Below, piece by piece: positions 55,513 through 64,000 of a stretch of DNA of 64,000 nt. Origin of the DNA: Patescibacteria group bacterium UBA6017 (GTDB lineage Bacteria > Patescibacteriota > Saccharimonadia > UBA4664). A program made the translations under genes and the position numbers. Position 1 is the stretch's first letter. Every line of letters begins with the position of its first letter. The notes under the pieces were generated by a model that was not told where the DNA came from, did no database searches, and saw nothing but the letters and a program-made list of their open reading frames with translations. The DNA lies in NCBI GenBank assembly GCA_002429485.1, contig DIZX01000015.1, positions 21,363 to 85,362 of the forward strand, given 5' to 3'.

Positions 55513-56708
55513 AGTACTTCCGACAATTCGGGCTTCACAGGCGAGCGCATCGCAATCACCTCGGCATACAACTCTTCGAACTTATCCAACGTCACGCTCA
55601 AATCATGCTTAGACACAATCTCGAGGCTGCGCGCACTCATGGTTTTAACCAGCTCAGGATCAGCCAATAGCTCGCCGATGCCTTGGCTCATCACTTCGTA
55701 ATCATCAATTTCAAATAAGAACCCGTTCTCACCATTCTTGCACAGCTCGTACAATGCGCCCGCATTCACCGCCACTACCGGCATCCCGCTCGCCATGGCT
55801 TCCATAGTTGAAATACTCTGCAACTCCGCCGGCGATGGCATGGCGAAGATCGTTCCGGTGCGCAATATCATCGGCTTATCGGCTTCATCGATTCTCCCGA
55901 CGAATGTCACCCGCTCCTCAAGTCCCAAATCAGTCGCTACCTCTACGAGATGCGACAGGTCATTGCCGTCACCAACGACGACCGCGTGATACCGCAGTTT
56001 TGGATCCAGATGTTGTAATGCTCGCAACAAAATCGATACATGCTTCTCGGAGTCCAGCCGTCCTAGATACATCACAATCGGAACATTCATTGGAATGTTG
56101 TATCGCTCGTAAAATTCCGGGGTTGGTTGGCCGGTATGGAATCGCTTCAAATCAATCCCGTTGGAAATCGCCACGTACGGCTTCGCGAATGAGTCTGGTT
56201 TGAGCATACGAATAGCCGCCACTGTTGGCAACGTCACGTAATCAGCGTTGCCGTAGAAGCGGCTGCCGTACTCCCGTAGAATGTAATCAATCTGCCGCGC
56301 GAATGGTGCCAACAGCTTGAGGTTATCTATCAAATTCTCGGACATCGAGTGGTTTGTAGCCACCAGCGGTACGTGATACTTCTTGGCCGCACCAATGGCC
56401 CCGAGCCCGATACCCAGCGGCGTCTGCAGATGAATAATGTCGGGCTTAAACTGCTTAGTAATCTCGTTGATCTCGCGGTTAGGCGACAGCGATACCCGCA
56501 AGTTCTGATAGAACGGAAATATCACCGAAGCAGTTCGCACTACCCGATGATTCTTATCCTGCTCTTCGTATTTTTTGCCCGTCTGAGAGGGCGCAACCAC
56601 CACTACCTCATGCCCGCGCTCGGCCAAGCCTTGCGCTAAGTTCCGCCCAAATGTGGCAATACCGTTCATCGTGGGCCAGTGAAGATCGGAGGCAATAAGT
56701 ATCCGCAT
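55509..56708 (-). CDS. GT4 family glycosyltransferase
   Basis: GT-B fold, C-terminal EAMASGMPVVA motif. Start taken at MRILIASD; the ORF track extends to 56756. Confidence 0.8.
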   Translation of the reverse strand: MRILIASDLHWPTMNGIATFGRNLAQGLAERGHEVVVVAPSQTGKKYEEQDKNHRVVRTASVIFPFYQNLRVSLSPNREINEITKQFKPDIIHLQTPLGIGLGAIGAAKKYHVPLVATNHSMSENLIDNLKLLAPFARQIDYILREYGSRFYGNADYVTLPTVAAIRMLKPDSFAKPYVAISNGIDLKRFHTGQPTPEFYERYNIPMNVPIVMYLGRLDSEKHVSILLRALQHLDPKLRYHAVVVGDGNDLSHLVEVATDLGLEERVTFVGRIDEADKPMILRTGTIFAMPSPAELQSISTMEAMASGMPVVAVNAGALYELCKNGENGFLFEIDDYEVMSQGIGELLADPELVKTMSARSLEIVSKHDLSVTLDKFEELYAEVIAMRSPVKPELSEVL

Positions 56709-56757
56709 GTTTTTATTATACCAACCCATAACCGAGATATGATAGAGTAATGACACT

Positions 56758-57894
56758 ATGAACGTAGTTTTTGACTCCCGCTGGACAAAAATTGGTCATC
56801 ACGATGGCATTAGCCGATTTGGCGCCAATCTTCTCGACTCGCTCCTCAAGATCACCCCGGTGACCGTACTTATATATGACCTCCGCCAGCTCGAAATGCT
56901 GCCAAAAAACGTTCCCTATCTCCTAGTAAACAATCCCGTGTCGCCACGCGAGCTATTGCTGCCCTTGAAGCTCAATAAGCTTGGCGTCGACGTGGTCTAT
57001 AGCCCGATGCAGATCATGGGCAGCTTCGGCCGCAACTATAAACTCATCTTCACCCTGCACGATCTGGTGCTCTACACCCTCAAGCACGTCAGTGAATTCA
57101 AGCACCCGTCCCTGGGCGGATATCTGGGCATCTCACCAAGCTTCTTTATTTGGCTCATGCACCGCGCCTACTGGCCGCAGAGGCTAGTACTCAATCAGGC
57201 GGACCTCATTGTGACCGTGAGTGAAACCACCAAGCAAGACATCTTGCGCCACCACCTCACCGACCGACCCGTAGAAGTGGTATATAACGCTACGCCCGAT
57301 CTCGGACCCGGCAAAGCTCATGGTGACATCAAACGTGAACTCGTCTTCATGGGAACACTATTGCCCTATAAGAACGCCGAGCTGCTCATCAAGGCGCTCG
57401 AGCTCCTGCCCGATTACCATCTCCACCTGCCCGGCCGCGGCACACCCGACCGGCTGTCGGCCCTCAAGGCTCTGGCCGCCCCATACGCCAACCGCGTAAC
57501 TTTCTGGAATGGTGCCAGCGACCAGGAATACGCCAAGATGCTAGATAGCGCCACCGCCATGGTGAGCGCCTCACGCTTCGAAGGCTTTGGCCTGCCGATC
57601 GTCGAAGCCATGGCCCGCGACGTGCCGGTGGTTTGTACCGATATGCCAATCTTCCACGAGGTTGCCGGCCAGGCGGCCCTCTATTTCGATCCCGATTCCC
57701 CCGCCGACTTTGCCGCCAAGATCCACGAGGTCGAAAATCCTGCCCGCCGCACCGAATTGATCAAGCTCGGCCGCGCCCAAGCCGCTACCTTCAGCTGGGA
57801 AAAATCAGCCGGCACCCTGCTCAAGATAATGACCTCCCTCAAAAACGCCGACGCCGTCCCGCTGAGCGCCGACACCACCCCCACCAAGTCTTAA
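56758..57894 (+). CDS. GT4 family glycosyltransferase
   Basis: FEGFGLPIVEAMARDVPVVCTD motif. Confidence 0.8.
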   Translation: MNVVFDSRWTKIGHHDGISRFGANLLDSLLKITPVTVLIYDLRQLEMLPKNVPYLLVNNPVSPRELLLPLKLNKLGVDVVYSPMQIMGSFGRNYKLIFTLHDLVLYTLKHVSEFKHPSLGGYLGISPSFFIWLMHRAYWPQRLVLNQADLIVTVSETTKQDILRHHLTDRPVEVVYNATPDLGPGKAHGDIKRELVFMGTLLPYKNAELLIKALELLPDYHLHLPGRGTPDRLSALKALAAPYANRVTFWNGASDQEYAKMLDSATAMVSASRFEGFGLPIVEAMARDVPVVCTDMPIFHEVAGQAALYFDPDSPADFAAKIHEVENPARRTELIKLGRAQAATFSWEKSAGTLLKIMTSLKNADAVPLSADTTPTKS

Positions 57895-57918
57895 ACTAAT
57901 ATCTGGTAAGATACACAG

Positions 57919-59058
57919 GTGACCACACCATCTCATCTATCGAATAAAAAACGTGTACTCATGCTTATGGCGACCGCCGGCGGCGGGCACAAGAGTGCCG
58001 CCGAAAGTATCGCCGAGGCCCTCACTCATCAGTACGGCGATCAAGTCATCATCGACACCGTCGACGTGCTCAAGGAGTATGCCCCGCATCCCTTCGGCTA
58101 TTCGCCCGAGGCCTACCAGCTCATGATCAAAGCTCCGGCGGCCTGGAAGGGTTTCTACGATCTCGGCGATGGCGTGCGCCGTTCCAAGATGATCAATACC
58201 AGCATCTCGCGTTACGCCCGCCGTCACAGCGCCCGCCTCCTCGACAATCACGAAGCTGACATTATTATCTCCACCTACCATTTCGCCAACTCCCCAATCC
58301 TGGAAACTCTCAGCCGCCGGCATCTGACCACCCCCTTTGTGACCGTGGTCACCGATCTGGTTACCGCCCCGCCCATCTGGTTCGATACCCGCACCAGCCT
58401 CTGTATCACCCCTACCCCCGAAACCGCCGAGCTCGCCCTCAGGAGTGGGCTCGATCCCGACGTTATCAAAGTCATTGGCATGCCGGTATCCTCCCGGTTT
58501 ACCCCGCCGACCCGCCCCAAATCAGACCTTAAAACGGCCCTCGGCTGGCCCGCCGATAAACCCGTCATTATTGCCATGGCCGGCGGCGAAGGCGTGGGTG
58601 CGCTCGATCAAATCGCTGAAGAATTAACAACACTTGATGCAACAATTGTCATAATTACGGGTAAAAACGCCCACCTACTAGAAAAACTCAGCACCGAAAA
58701 TGCCCCCGAAAATCTTAAAGTTTACGGTTTTGTAAACAACATGAATGAGCTAATGCAGGCCGCCGATCTAATCGTAACCAAGGCTGGGCCTGGCACCATC
58801 ATGGAAGCGCTAAACTCCCACCTCCCCCTCATCCTCTACGCACGCCTATCCGGCCAGGAAGACGGCAATGTGAGCTTCGTCACCAATCACGGCGCCGGCC
58901 TGTGGCAGCCCAAAATCCACGAAATGGCCGCTACCATCCAAACGATCTTCGATGACCCGCTGGCAATCGCCAACATGACCGCCGCTGCGGCCACCATCGC
59001 GCAAAACGGCGCCAGCACCAAAATCGCCACCGCCATCGGCGACCTCCTGGCGCTGTAG
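57919..59058 (+). CDS. GT28 diacylglycerol glycosyltransferase (MGDG synthase / UgtP-like)
   Basis: N-terminal RVLMLMATAGGGHKSAAESI typical of MGDG synthase/UgtP. GT-B C-terminal half. Confidence 0.7.
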   Translation: MTTPSHLSNKKRVLMLMATAGGGHKSAAESIAEALTHQYGDQVIIDTVDVLKEYAPHPFGYSPEAYQLMIKAPAAWKGFYDLGDGVRRSKMINTSISRYARRHSARLLDNHEADIIISTYHFANSPILETLSRRHLTTPFVTVVTDLVTAPPIWFDTRTSLCITPTPETAELALRSGLDPDVIKVIGMPVSSRFTPPTRPKSDLKTALGWPADKPVIIAMAGGEGVGALDQIAEELTTLDATIVIITGKNAHLLEKLSTENAPENLKVYGFVNNMNELMQAADLIVTKAGPGTIMEALNSHLPLILYARLSGQEDGNVSFVTNHGAGLWQPKIHEMAATIQTIFDDPLAIANMTAAAATIAQNGASTKIATAIGDLLAL

Positions 59059-59121
59059 CGCCTCCCGCAGGTGCTTTTTCCTAGGCTTTTGGCGACAAAG
59101 TTGTTACGCTTACAATAGTAA

Positions 59122-60108
59122 TTGCGAGAATCAACGGTGGCACGACCCGCCAAAACCAATCCCCCGGCCAACGCCGCCGAGCTCAGGAAACACTACTTCC
59201 TCGATAGCTACGTGATCATCGCTCCCGGCCGCAACCTTCGCCCCGATCTGTTCTCGCACGCCGCCGAGCCGCACAAGGTTCCCAGCGATCACTGTCCGTT
59301 CGACCACAACACCGAGCCGGAAATCTGGCAGCACCCCCGCGGCGCCAACTGGCAGGTCAAAGTAGTCCGCAATGCCTTTCCGGCCCTGTCCACCGATAAT
59401 CCAAAAGCTTTCGGCTCTCAGGAAGTCATCATCAATACCCCCGACCATAATCTTGAATTTTCCGAGCTCAGCGTCGAGCACATCACCGAAATCTTCACCG
59501 CCTACCGCCTGCGCATTACCGAGCTATCAAAGCTCGAAGGTATCCGTTATGTCCTCGTCTTCAAAAATGACGGCCCAATCGCCGGTGCCAGCATTGCTCA
59601 CGCCCATTGCCAAATCTTTGCCTTACCCATAGTGCCGCCCAAAATCGCCCGCGAAAGCGACGCCCTAAATCATTACTGGGACCAGAAGAATACTTGCGCC
59701 TACTGCGACATAATCGAATGGGAAACCAGCCAAAAAGTTCGCATTATCGCCGAAGACAAGAGCTTCATTGCCGTTGCACCCTACGCCTCCAGCCACGCCC
59801 TCGAGGCTTGGCTAATCCCGCGCCGACATGTCACCAAATTTGCGCAATTCAACGCCACCGAACTGCATTCACTTGCAACAATGCTGAAAAAAATTACCGC
59901 TCGTCTCGATACATCGATGATAAGTTTCAACTATTTCCTGCAAGAATCCCTCGACAATCAAGACCATCATTTTGTTCTGAAAGTTGAGCCCCGCACTACC
60001 AAATATGCCGGTGCCGAAATCGGTACAGGTGTCGAAATCAACCCGGTGACTCCGGAATATACTACTCTCTGGTATCAGGGTAAAATCCCCACTACCTCTC
60101 CGCACTAG
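59122..60108 (+). CDS. Galactose-1-phosphate uridylyltransferase-like (GalT/HIT branch) nucleotidyltransferase
   Basis: N-terminal CPFDH zinc knuckle. HAHCQ resembles the GalT HPHGQ active-site motif. Confidence 0.65.
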   Translation: MRESTVARPAKTNPPANAAELRKHYFLDSYVIIAPGRNLRPDLFSHAAEPHKVPSDHCPFDHNTEPEIWQHPRGANWQVKVVRNAFPALSTDNPKAFGSQEVIINTPDHNLEFSELSVEHITEIFTAYRLRITELSKLEGIRYVLVFKNDGPIAGASIAHAHCQIFALPIVPPKIARESDALNHYWDQKNTCAYCDIIEWETSQKVRIIAEDKSFIAVAPYASSHALEAWLIPRRHVTKFAQFNATELHSLATMLKKITARLDTSMISFNYFLQESLDNQDHHFVLKVEPRTTKYAGAEIGTGVEINPVTPEYTTLWYQGKIPTTSPH

Positions 60109-60283
60109 GTTTACTAAAACTCGCCGTATAATCCCACGTCATTTCGAAAATCGCCGACATCGCCTGCCCCATTTCTGCGTTTCGAATTTTCACGCATTAT
60201 TACAAAAAATATCTCCAGCAAATCGAATCAGTTTGCCTTTTCGGTTTGTGTTCGGTATTCTTGCATCATTGAAGGAGACTGCC

Positions 60284-61837
60284 ATGCTATCAACCACCTA
60301 CGCCCCGGCAATCGTCGGCATCGAAAGCCACCTTATATCGATCCAGTGCGATATGACCAACGGCTTACCCGGCTTCGTCATGGTCGGACTGGGCGACAAG
60401 GCCGTGGACGAATCCAAGGAGCGAGTGCGCAGCGCCATTAAAAATAGCGGCCTCATGCTGCCGCCCAAACGCTTCACCGTCAACCTCGCGCCCGCCGACT
60501 TGCCCAAGGACGGCTCGGGTTATGATCTCGGCATTGCCGTAGCCGTGCTGGCGGCCAGCGGCCAGATTGATGCCTCGATGATCGAAGGCAGCCTGTTTGT
60601 CGGCGAACTCGCCCTCGACGGTACCATCCGCCCCGTCCGCGGGGCCATCATTGCCGCAGAGCTCACTCGCACCAGCAATTTTGAACGCCTGTTCGTGCCC
60701 GCCGCCAACGCGGCCGAAGCTACCCTGTCGGGCGAGGCCAAAGTCTTTGCCGTCTCTAGTCTGCTCGAGCTCTATCAGCATCTCACCGGTCACGAACTCC
60801 TCTCGAGGTATGTCGCGCCGGCTACGATCGAAGCTGCCGCTGCCGAACCTACTGTAGATTTCAGCCTGATCTACGGCCAGGCTGCCGCCAAACGCGCCGT
60901 CGAGATTGCCGCGGCAGGCGGGCACAACATTCTCCTCTCGGGGCCGCCCGGCACCGGCAAAACTCTCCTCGCCAAAGCCATCATGGGCATCCTGCCCAAA
61001 CCCACCTTCGAGGAGTCGCTCGAAATATCTAAGCTCCACAATCTGGCCGGCCAAAACGTCTCGGGCATCATCCGCACCCGGCCATTCAGATCCCCGCACC
61101 ATACCGCCTCTAGCGTGGCCCTTATCGGCGGAGGTACCAAGCCGCGGCCCGGCGAAATCAGCCTCAGCCACGGGGGCGTCTTGTTTCTGGACGAGCTGCC
61201 GGAATTTCCGCGCAGCGTACTGGAGGTACTCCGACAACCCCTCGAAGACGGCTGCATTACCATCGCCCGTGCCGCCGGTGTCATCACCTTCCCCGCCCGG
61301 TTTATGCTCGTAGCTACGCGAAACCCCTGTCCGTGTGGTTATGCGGGCGACCAATCCGGCCGGTGCCAATGCGAGCAAGCTAGCATCAGCCGTTACCGCA
61401 ACAAAATATCCGGACCATTACTGGACCGGATAGACATTGTCACCGAGGTTGCCCGCATCGACCAAAGCGATATCATCAAGGCAACCGCCGCCGAGCCGAG
61501 CTCGATCATATCGGGAAGAATCCAGCAAGCCAGAATCATCCAGCAGCGGCGGCGTTACGACTCAGGTGGATCGTGCAATGCCCATCTGAGCACGAAAGAT
61601 ATTCAAAAATATTGTAGAATAAACAACGAAACGGCTCGAATTGCCTCCGATGCCATGCGCAATCTCGACCTATCGGCCCGAGCTTATAGCCGCATCCTCA
61701 AAGTCGCCCGGACCATCGCTGATCTAGACTCATCCCCCACCGTTGAAACCGCCCACTTCACCGAGGCTCTGCAATACCGGCCCCGTGGCAGCCATGCCAA
61801 GACCAACCACCTTGCAAACGCTTCAGTAGCGACCTAA
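60284..61837 (+). CDS. comM: YifB/ComM family Mg-chelatase-like AAA+ ATPase
   Basis: N-terminal Lon-like/ChlI domain (ESHLISIQCDMTNGLPGFVMVGL), Walker A GPPGTGKT, sensor motifs. SD GAAGGAG before the ATG at 60284. Confidence 0.9.
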   Translation: MLSTTYAPAIVGIESHLISIQCDMTNGLPGFVMVGLGDKAVDESKERVRSAIKNSGLMLPPKRFTVNLAPADLPKDGSGYDLGIAVAVLAASGQIDASMIEGSLFVGELALDGTIRPVRGAIIAAELTRTSNFERLFVPAANAAEATLSGEAKVFAVSSLLELYQHLTGHELLSRYVAPATIEAAAAEPTVDFSLIYGQAAAKRAVEIAAAGGHNILLSGPPGTGKTLLAKAIMGILPKPTFEESLEISKLHNLAGQNVSGIIRTRPFRSPHHTASSVALIGGGTKPRPGEISLSHGGVLFLDELPEFPRSVLEVLRQPLEDGCITIARAAGVITFPARFMLVATRNPCPCGYAGDQSGRCQCEQASISRYRNKISGPLLDRIDIVTEVARIDQSDIIKATAAEPSSIISGRIQQARIIQQRRRYDSGGSCNAHLSTKDIQKYCRINNETARIASDAMRNLDLSARAYSRILKVARTIADLDSSPTVETAHFTEALQYRPRGSHAKTNHLANASVAT

Positions 61838-62136
61838 ACCCGAACTAGGCTGTATATGGCCGCACCGGCCGGAGTGTAAACCAACACATAGTAGAGCGCG
61901 ATCTCTAGCGCAACCAACGATACTGCCATCACGCCAATCCGACGCAAATCAGTCCCAACGTAGCTAAAATCGCGCGTTGATGCGCTAGCCGCGGTCGCGT
62001 TCGGGGCCTTCGACTTCGCAACCGATGAAATACTCGCCGAGGCAGCCCCTTGAGCCGTTGCTTCGGGTGCTCGAGCACCGACACCGGTCTCGACGTGCTT
62101 AAACTTGTGCTTCTTCGCTGTGTTCTTCTTTCCCAT
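61834..62136 (-). CDS. Small membrane protein, Lys-rich N-terminus
   Basis: MGKKNTAKKHKFKH N-terminus and one C-terminal TM (VMAVSLVALEIALYYVLVY). Confidence 0.35.
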   Translation of the reverse strand: MGKKNTAKKHKFKHVETGVGARAPEATAQGAASASISSVAKSKAPNATAASASTRDFSYVGTDLRRIGVMAVSLVALEIALYYVLVYTPAGAAIYSLVRV

Positions 62137-62234
62137 AGCTCGAATTGTAGCATATCGAGAGTTGCCCGCCACAGCCATAATTTGCGAGACATCCCCCTAT
62201 CTCATATACTGATGACTACAAAGGGAGTTAGTCA

Positions 62235-62708
62235 GTGATTGTTGCGCTCGTCGTGTTGAGTTTGATCGGCATCGCCCTTGCCGTCGTGGCGCTCGTGCAG
62301 TTTCGCCGTCTATCGGAGCGCTTCACGTCATCGCTGGGCGGCGACCAGTCCGCCGATTCGCTGGAGGCCACTCTTACAAGACATATGGCCCGCGTCGAAG
62401 AAGTAAATCACCGCCTCTCAGAACTCGAAAATGAGTACGAGCGCCTATCGATCACCGGCGCTCTGGCCTCCCAAAAGATATCCGTAGTGCGGTTCAATCC
62501 TTTCGGCGACACCGGCGGCGATCAAAGCTTTAGCCTCGCCGTCCTCGATGCTCACGACTCTGGCTATGTCCTTTCCAGTATCCACGGCCGCCAGGGCACC
62601 CGAGTTTACGTCAAGCCGATCGACTTCGGCAAAAGCAAGTACCAGCTATCTACCGAGGAAGACCAAGCCCTCAGCCAAGCTGTCAAACGAGTACCCAAGA
62701 TTAACTAG
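62235..62708 (+). CDS. N-terminally anchored hypothetical protein upstream of bactofilin
   Basis: TM helix then coiled-coil/beta region. 6 nt from the bactofilin gene. Confidence 0.45.
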   Translation: MIVALVVLSLIGIALAVVALVQFRRLSERFTSSLGGDQSADSLEATLTRHMARVEEVNHRLSELENEYERLSITGALASQKISVVRFNPFGDTGGDQSFSLAVLDAHDSGYVLSSIHGRQGTRVYVKPIDFGKSKYQLSTEEDQALSQAVKRVPKIN

Positions 62709-62720
62709 GAGGATTTGAGA

Positions 62721-63149
62721 ATGGCACGAAAAACTCACGATGATGCGTTTGGAGCAGCCGGAGCTGAAACTATGATTGGCGCGGGCGTCACCGTTCACGG
62801 CAACTTAGTTAGTGAATCCGATGTCACAATCGACGGTCAGCTTGAAGGTGACGTCACAGCCACCGGCGACGTTACAGTCGGCGTGAGCGCCCGCGTTAAG
62901 GGCAATGTTCACGGCACCAACGTCACGGTACTGGGCCACCTCAAGGGCAATATTGTCGCCAGAGGCGAAGCTTCTATCCGCGAAACCGGTCAGGTAGAGG
63001 GCGATATCACTTCCGCCGGCATTGCGATCAACTCCGGCGGCATCTTCGTCGGCCGCAGCAAAATGCAAACCATCCCTTCGCTCGATATCCCGGCTGACGC
63101 TCCCATCGTCGAGGTCAAGACCAAGCCCGCAGCCAAGTCAAAATCTTAA
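62721..63149 (+). CDS. Bactofilin (DUF583) cytoskeletal protein
   Basis: AGGAGG SD. Beta-helical repeat pattern (GDVTVGVSARVKGNVHGTNVTVLGHLKGNIVARGEASI). Confidence 0.85.
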   Translation: MARKTHDDAFGAAGAETMIGAGVTVHGNLVSESDVTIDGQLEGDVTATGDVTVGVSARVKGNVHGTNVTVLGHLKGNIVARGEASIRETGQVEGDITSAGIAINSGGIFVGRSKMQTIPSLDIPADAPIVEVKTKPAAKSKS

Positions 63150-63168
63150 CCCAGCAAGCCGTAACTCT

Positions 63169-64000
63169 ATGTATTACTACATCGTTAACCCAGCCGCCGG
63201 GCGCGGACAGATCAAAAACCTCCAGGATCAGCTGCGCGGCCGCCTCGACAAACTCGGCATCCGCGGCGAATGGGTCAAAACCACCGGTCCCGGCGATGCC
63301 ACGCGTCTCGCCAAAGCCGCCGTCGCCTCCGGCCACACCACCATCGTCGCCGTCGGTGGCGATGACACCGTCAATGAAGTCATCAACGGTATCGACCACG
63401 ACAACGTTGCCGTCGGCATTATCCCCATCGGCACAGCCAACCACGTAGCCACCCAGCTCGGCATCATCACTTGGCCTCAAGCCTGCGAAGCCCTGGCCGC
63501 GCGCCGGCTCACCTCCTACTCCCTAATTGCGGCCGGCCAAAAATTCTTCCTCTCGACCCTTACCCTCGGCTTCGAAACTGACCTCGACAAAACCGTCGAC
63601 ACCACCACGGCGGGATTGCGCGCCCGTGCCAAGCAATTTGCCCAAAGCCTCGGTCACGCCCGCCATTTCAACAGTCTCAAGTGCCGCATCGAAGTCGACG
63701 GGCAATTCACCCTCACCTGTGACCTCTTCACCCTCTCGGTCGCCAACCAGAAGTTCCTCAATCCCCTGGCCGACAACCGCCTCATCGTGGCGCTCAGCGA
63801 CCGCCCCAAGGCCCGCCTCAAGCTCGGCAGCGTCGTCTGGAAGACCCTGCGCAGCGGCGGTCAGGGCACGCTCGACGACACCGCCACCACCCGTTTCCTC
63901 GCCGATCGCGTGGTCATCGAGACCGAACCCCCCACCGGCATCATGGTCGACGGCAAAGTGGCCGGCCGCACCCCCATCGCCATCCGCCTCACCGACCGCC
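63169..64000 (+). CDS. Diacylglycerol kinase catalytic-domain lipid kinase (YegS/BmrU-like), 3'-truncated by window end
   Basis: MYYYIVNPAAGRGQ ... VAVGGDDTVNEVINGI ... IGIIPIGTANHVA (DAGK_cat motifs). Runs off the window. Confidence 0.75.
   Translation, partial: MYYYIVNPAAGRGQIKNLQDQLRGRLDKLGIRGEWVKTTGPGDATRLAKAAVASGHTTIVAVGGDDTVNEVINGIDHDNVAVGIIPIGTANHVATQLGIITWPQACEALAARRLTSYSLIAAGQKFFLSTLTLGFETDLDKTVDTTTAGLRARAKQFAQSLGHARHFNSLKCRIEVDGQFTLTCDLFTLSVANQKFLNPLADNRLIVALSDRPKARLKLGSVVWKTLRSGGQGTLDDTATTRFLADRVVIETEPPTGIMVDGKVAGRTPIAIRLTDR

Noticed and set aside
1-64000. CRISPR arrays, rRNA genes, transposases or integrases
   Set aside because: No short regularly spaced repeats and no recognisable transposase or integrase ORFs were seen. 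The only significant repeat is the tmRNA 3'-end duplication.

Overview
This 64 kb window is GC-rich, densely coding bacterial chromosome. Its gene content fits a small-genome, cell-wall-bearing bacterium, possibly from the Saccharibacteria/Patescibacteria; that placement is inference only.

Housekeeping genes on both strands: pheS-pheT, trpS, argS, smpB, a complete tmRNA (ssrA) gene, tRNA-Pro(CGG), rmuC, a UvrD-type helicase-nuclease and a ComM/YifB ATPase.

Cell-envelope genes: a YoaR-like L,D-transpeptidase, a CHAP hydrolase, an LCP protein, a Pmt/Ppm1-like O-mannosylation trio, a GT4/GT28/GalT-like glycolipid cluster, bactofilin and an orphan PilB ATPase.

There is also a trehalose/alpha-glucoside utilisation cluster (trehalase, GH13, ROK kinase), two MFS transporters and two accessory regions of unknown proteins.

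Most notable observations:
1. A complete NlpC/P60 peptidoglycan-hydrolase domain sits inside the B5 domain of PheT.
2. The tmRNA gene is followed by a ~100 bp direct repeat of its own 3' end plus terminator. That repeat brackets visibly AT-rich foreign genes: a 380-aa protein, and a 166-aa 3-TM protein paired with a 36-aa zinc-ribbon protein. An SRAP (MCGRF) gene is truncated at the island edge. Together these are the classic signature of integrase-mediated islands at ssrA, here without a surviving integrase. The cargo is a candidate uncharacterised defence or abortive-infection module.
3. A second accessory stretch (about 40.9-46.6 kb) holds unknown proteins, including a coiled-coil 343-aa protein followed by an 89-aa acidic protein. 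This is a possible toxin/immunity pair.

No CRISPR array, rRNA, transposase or integrase was seen.
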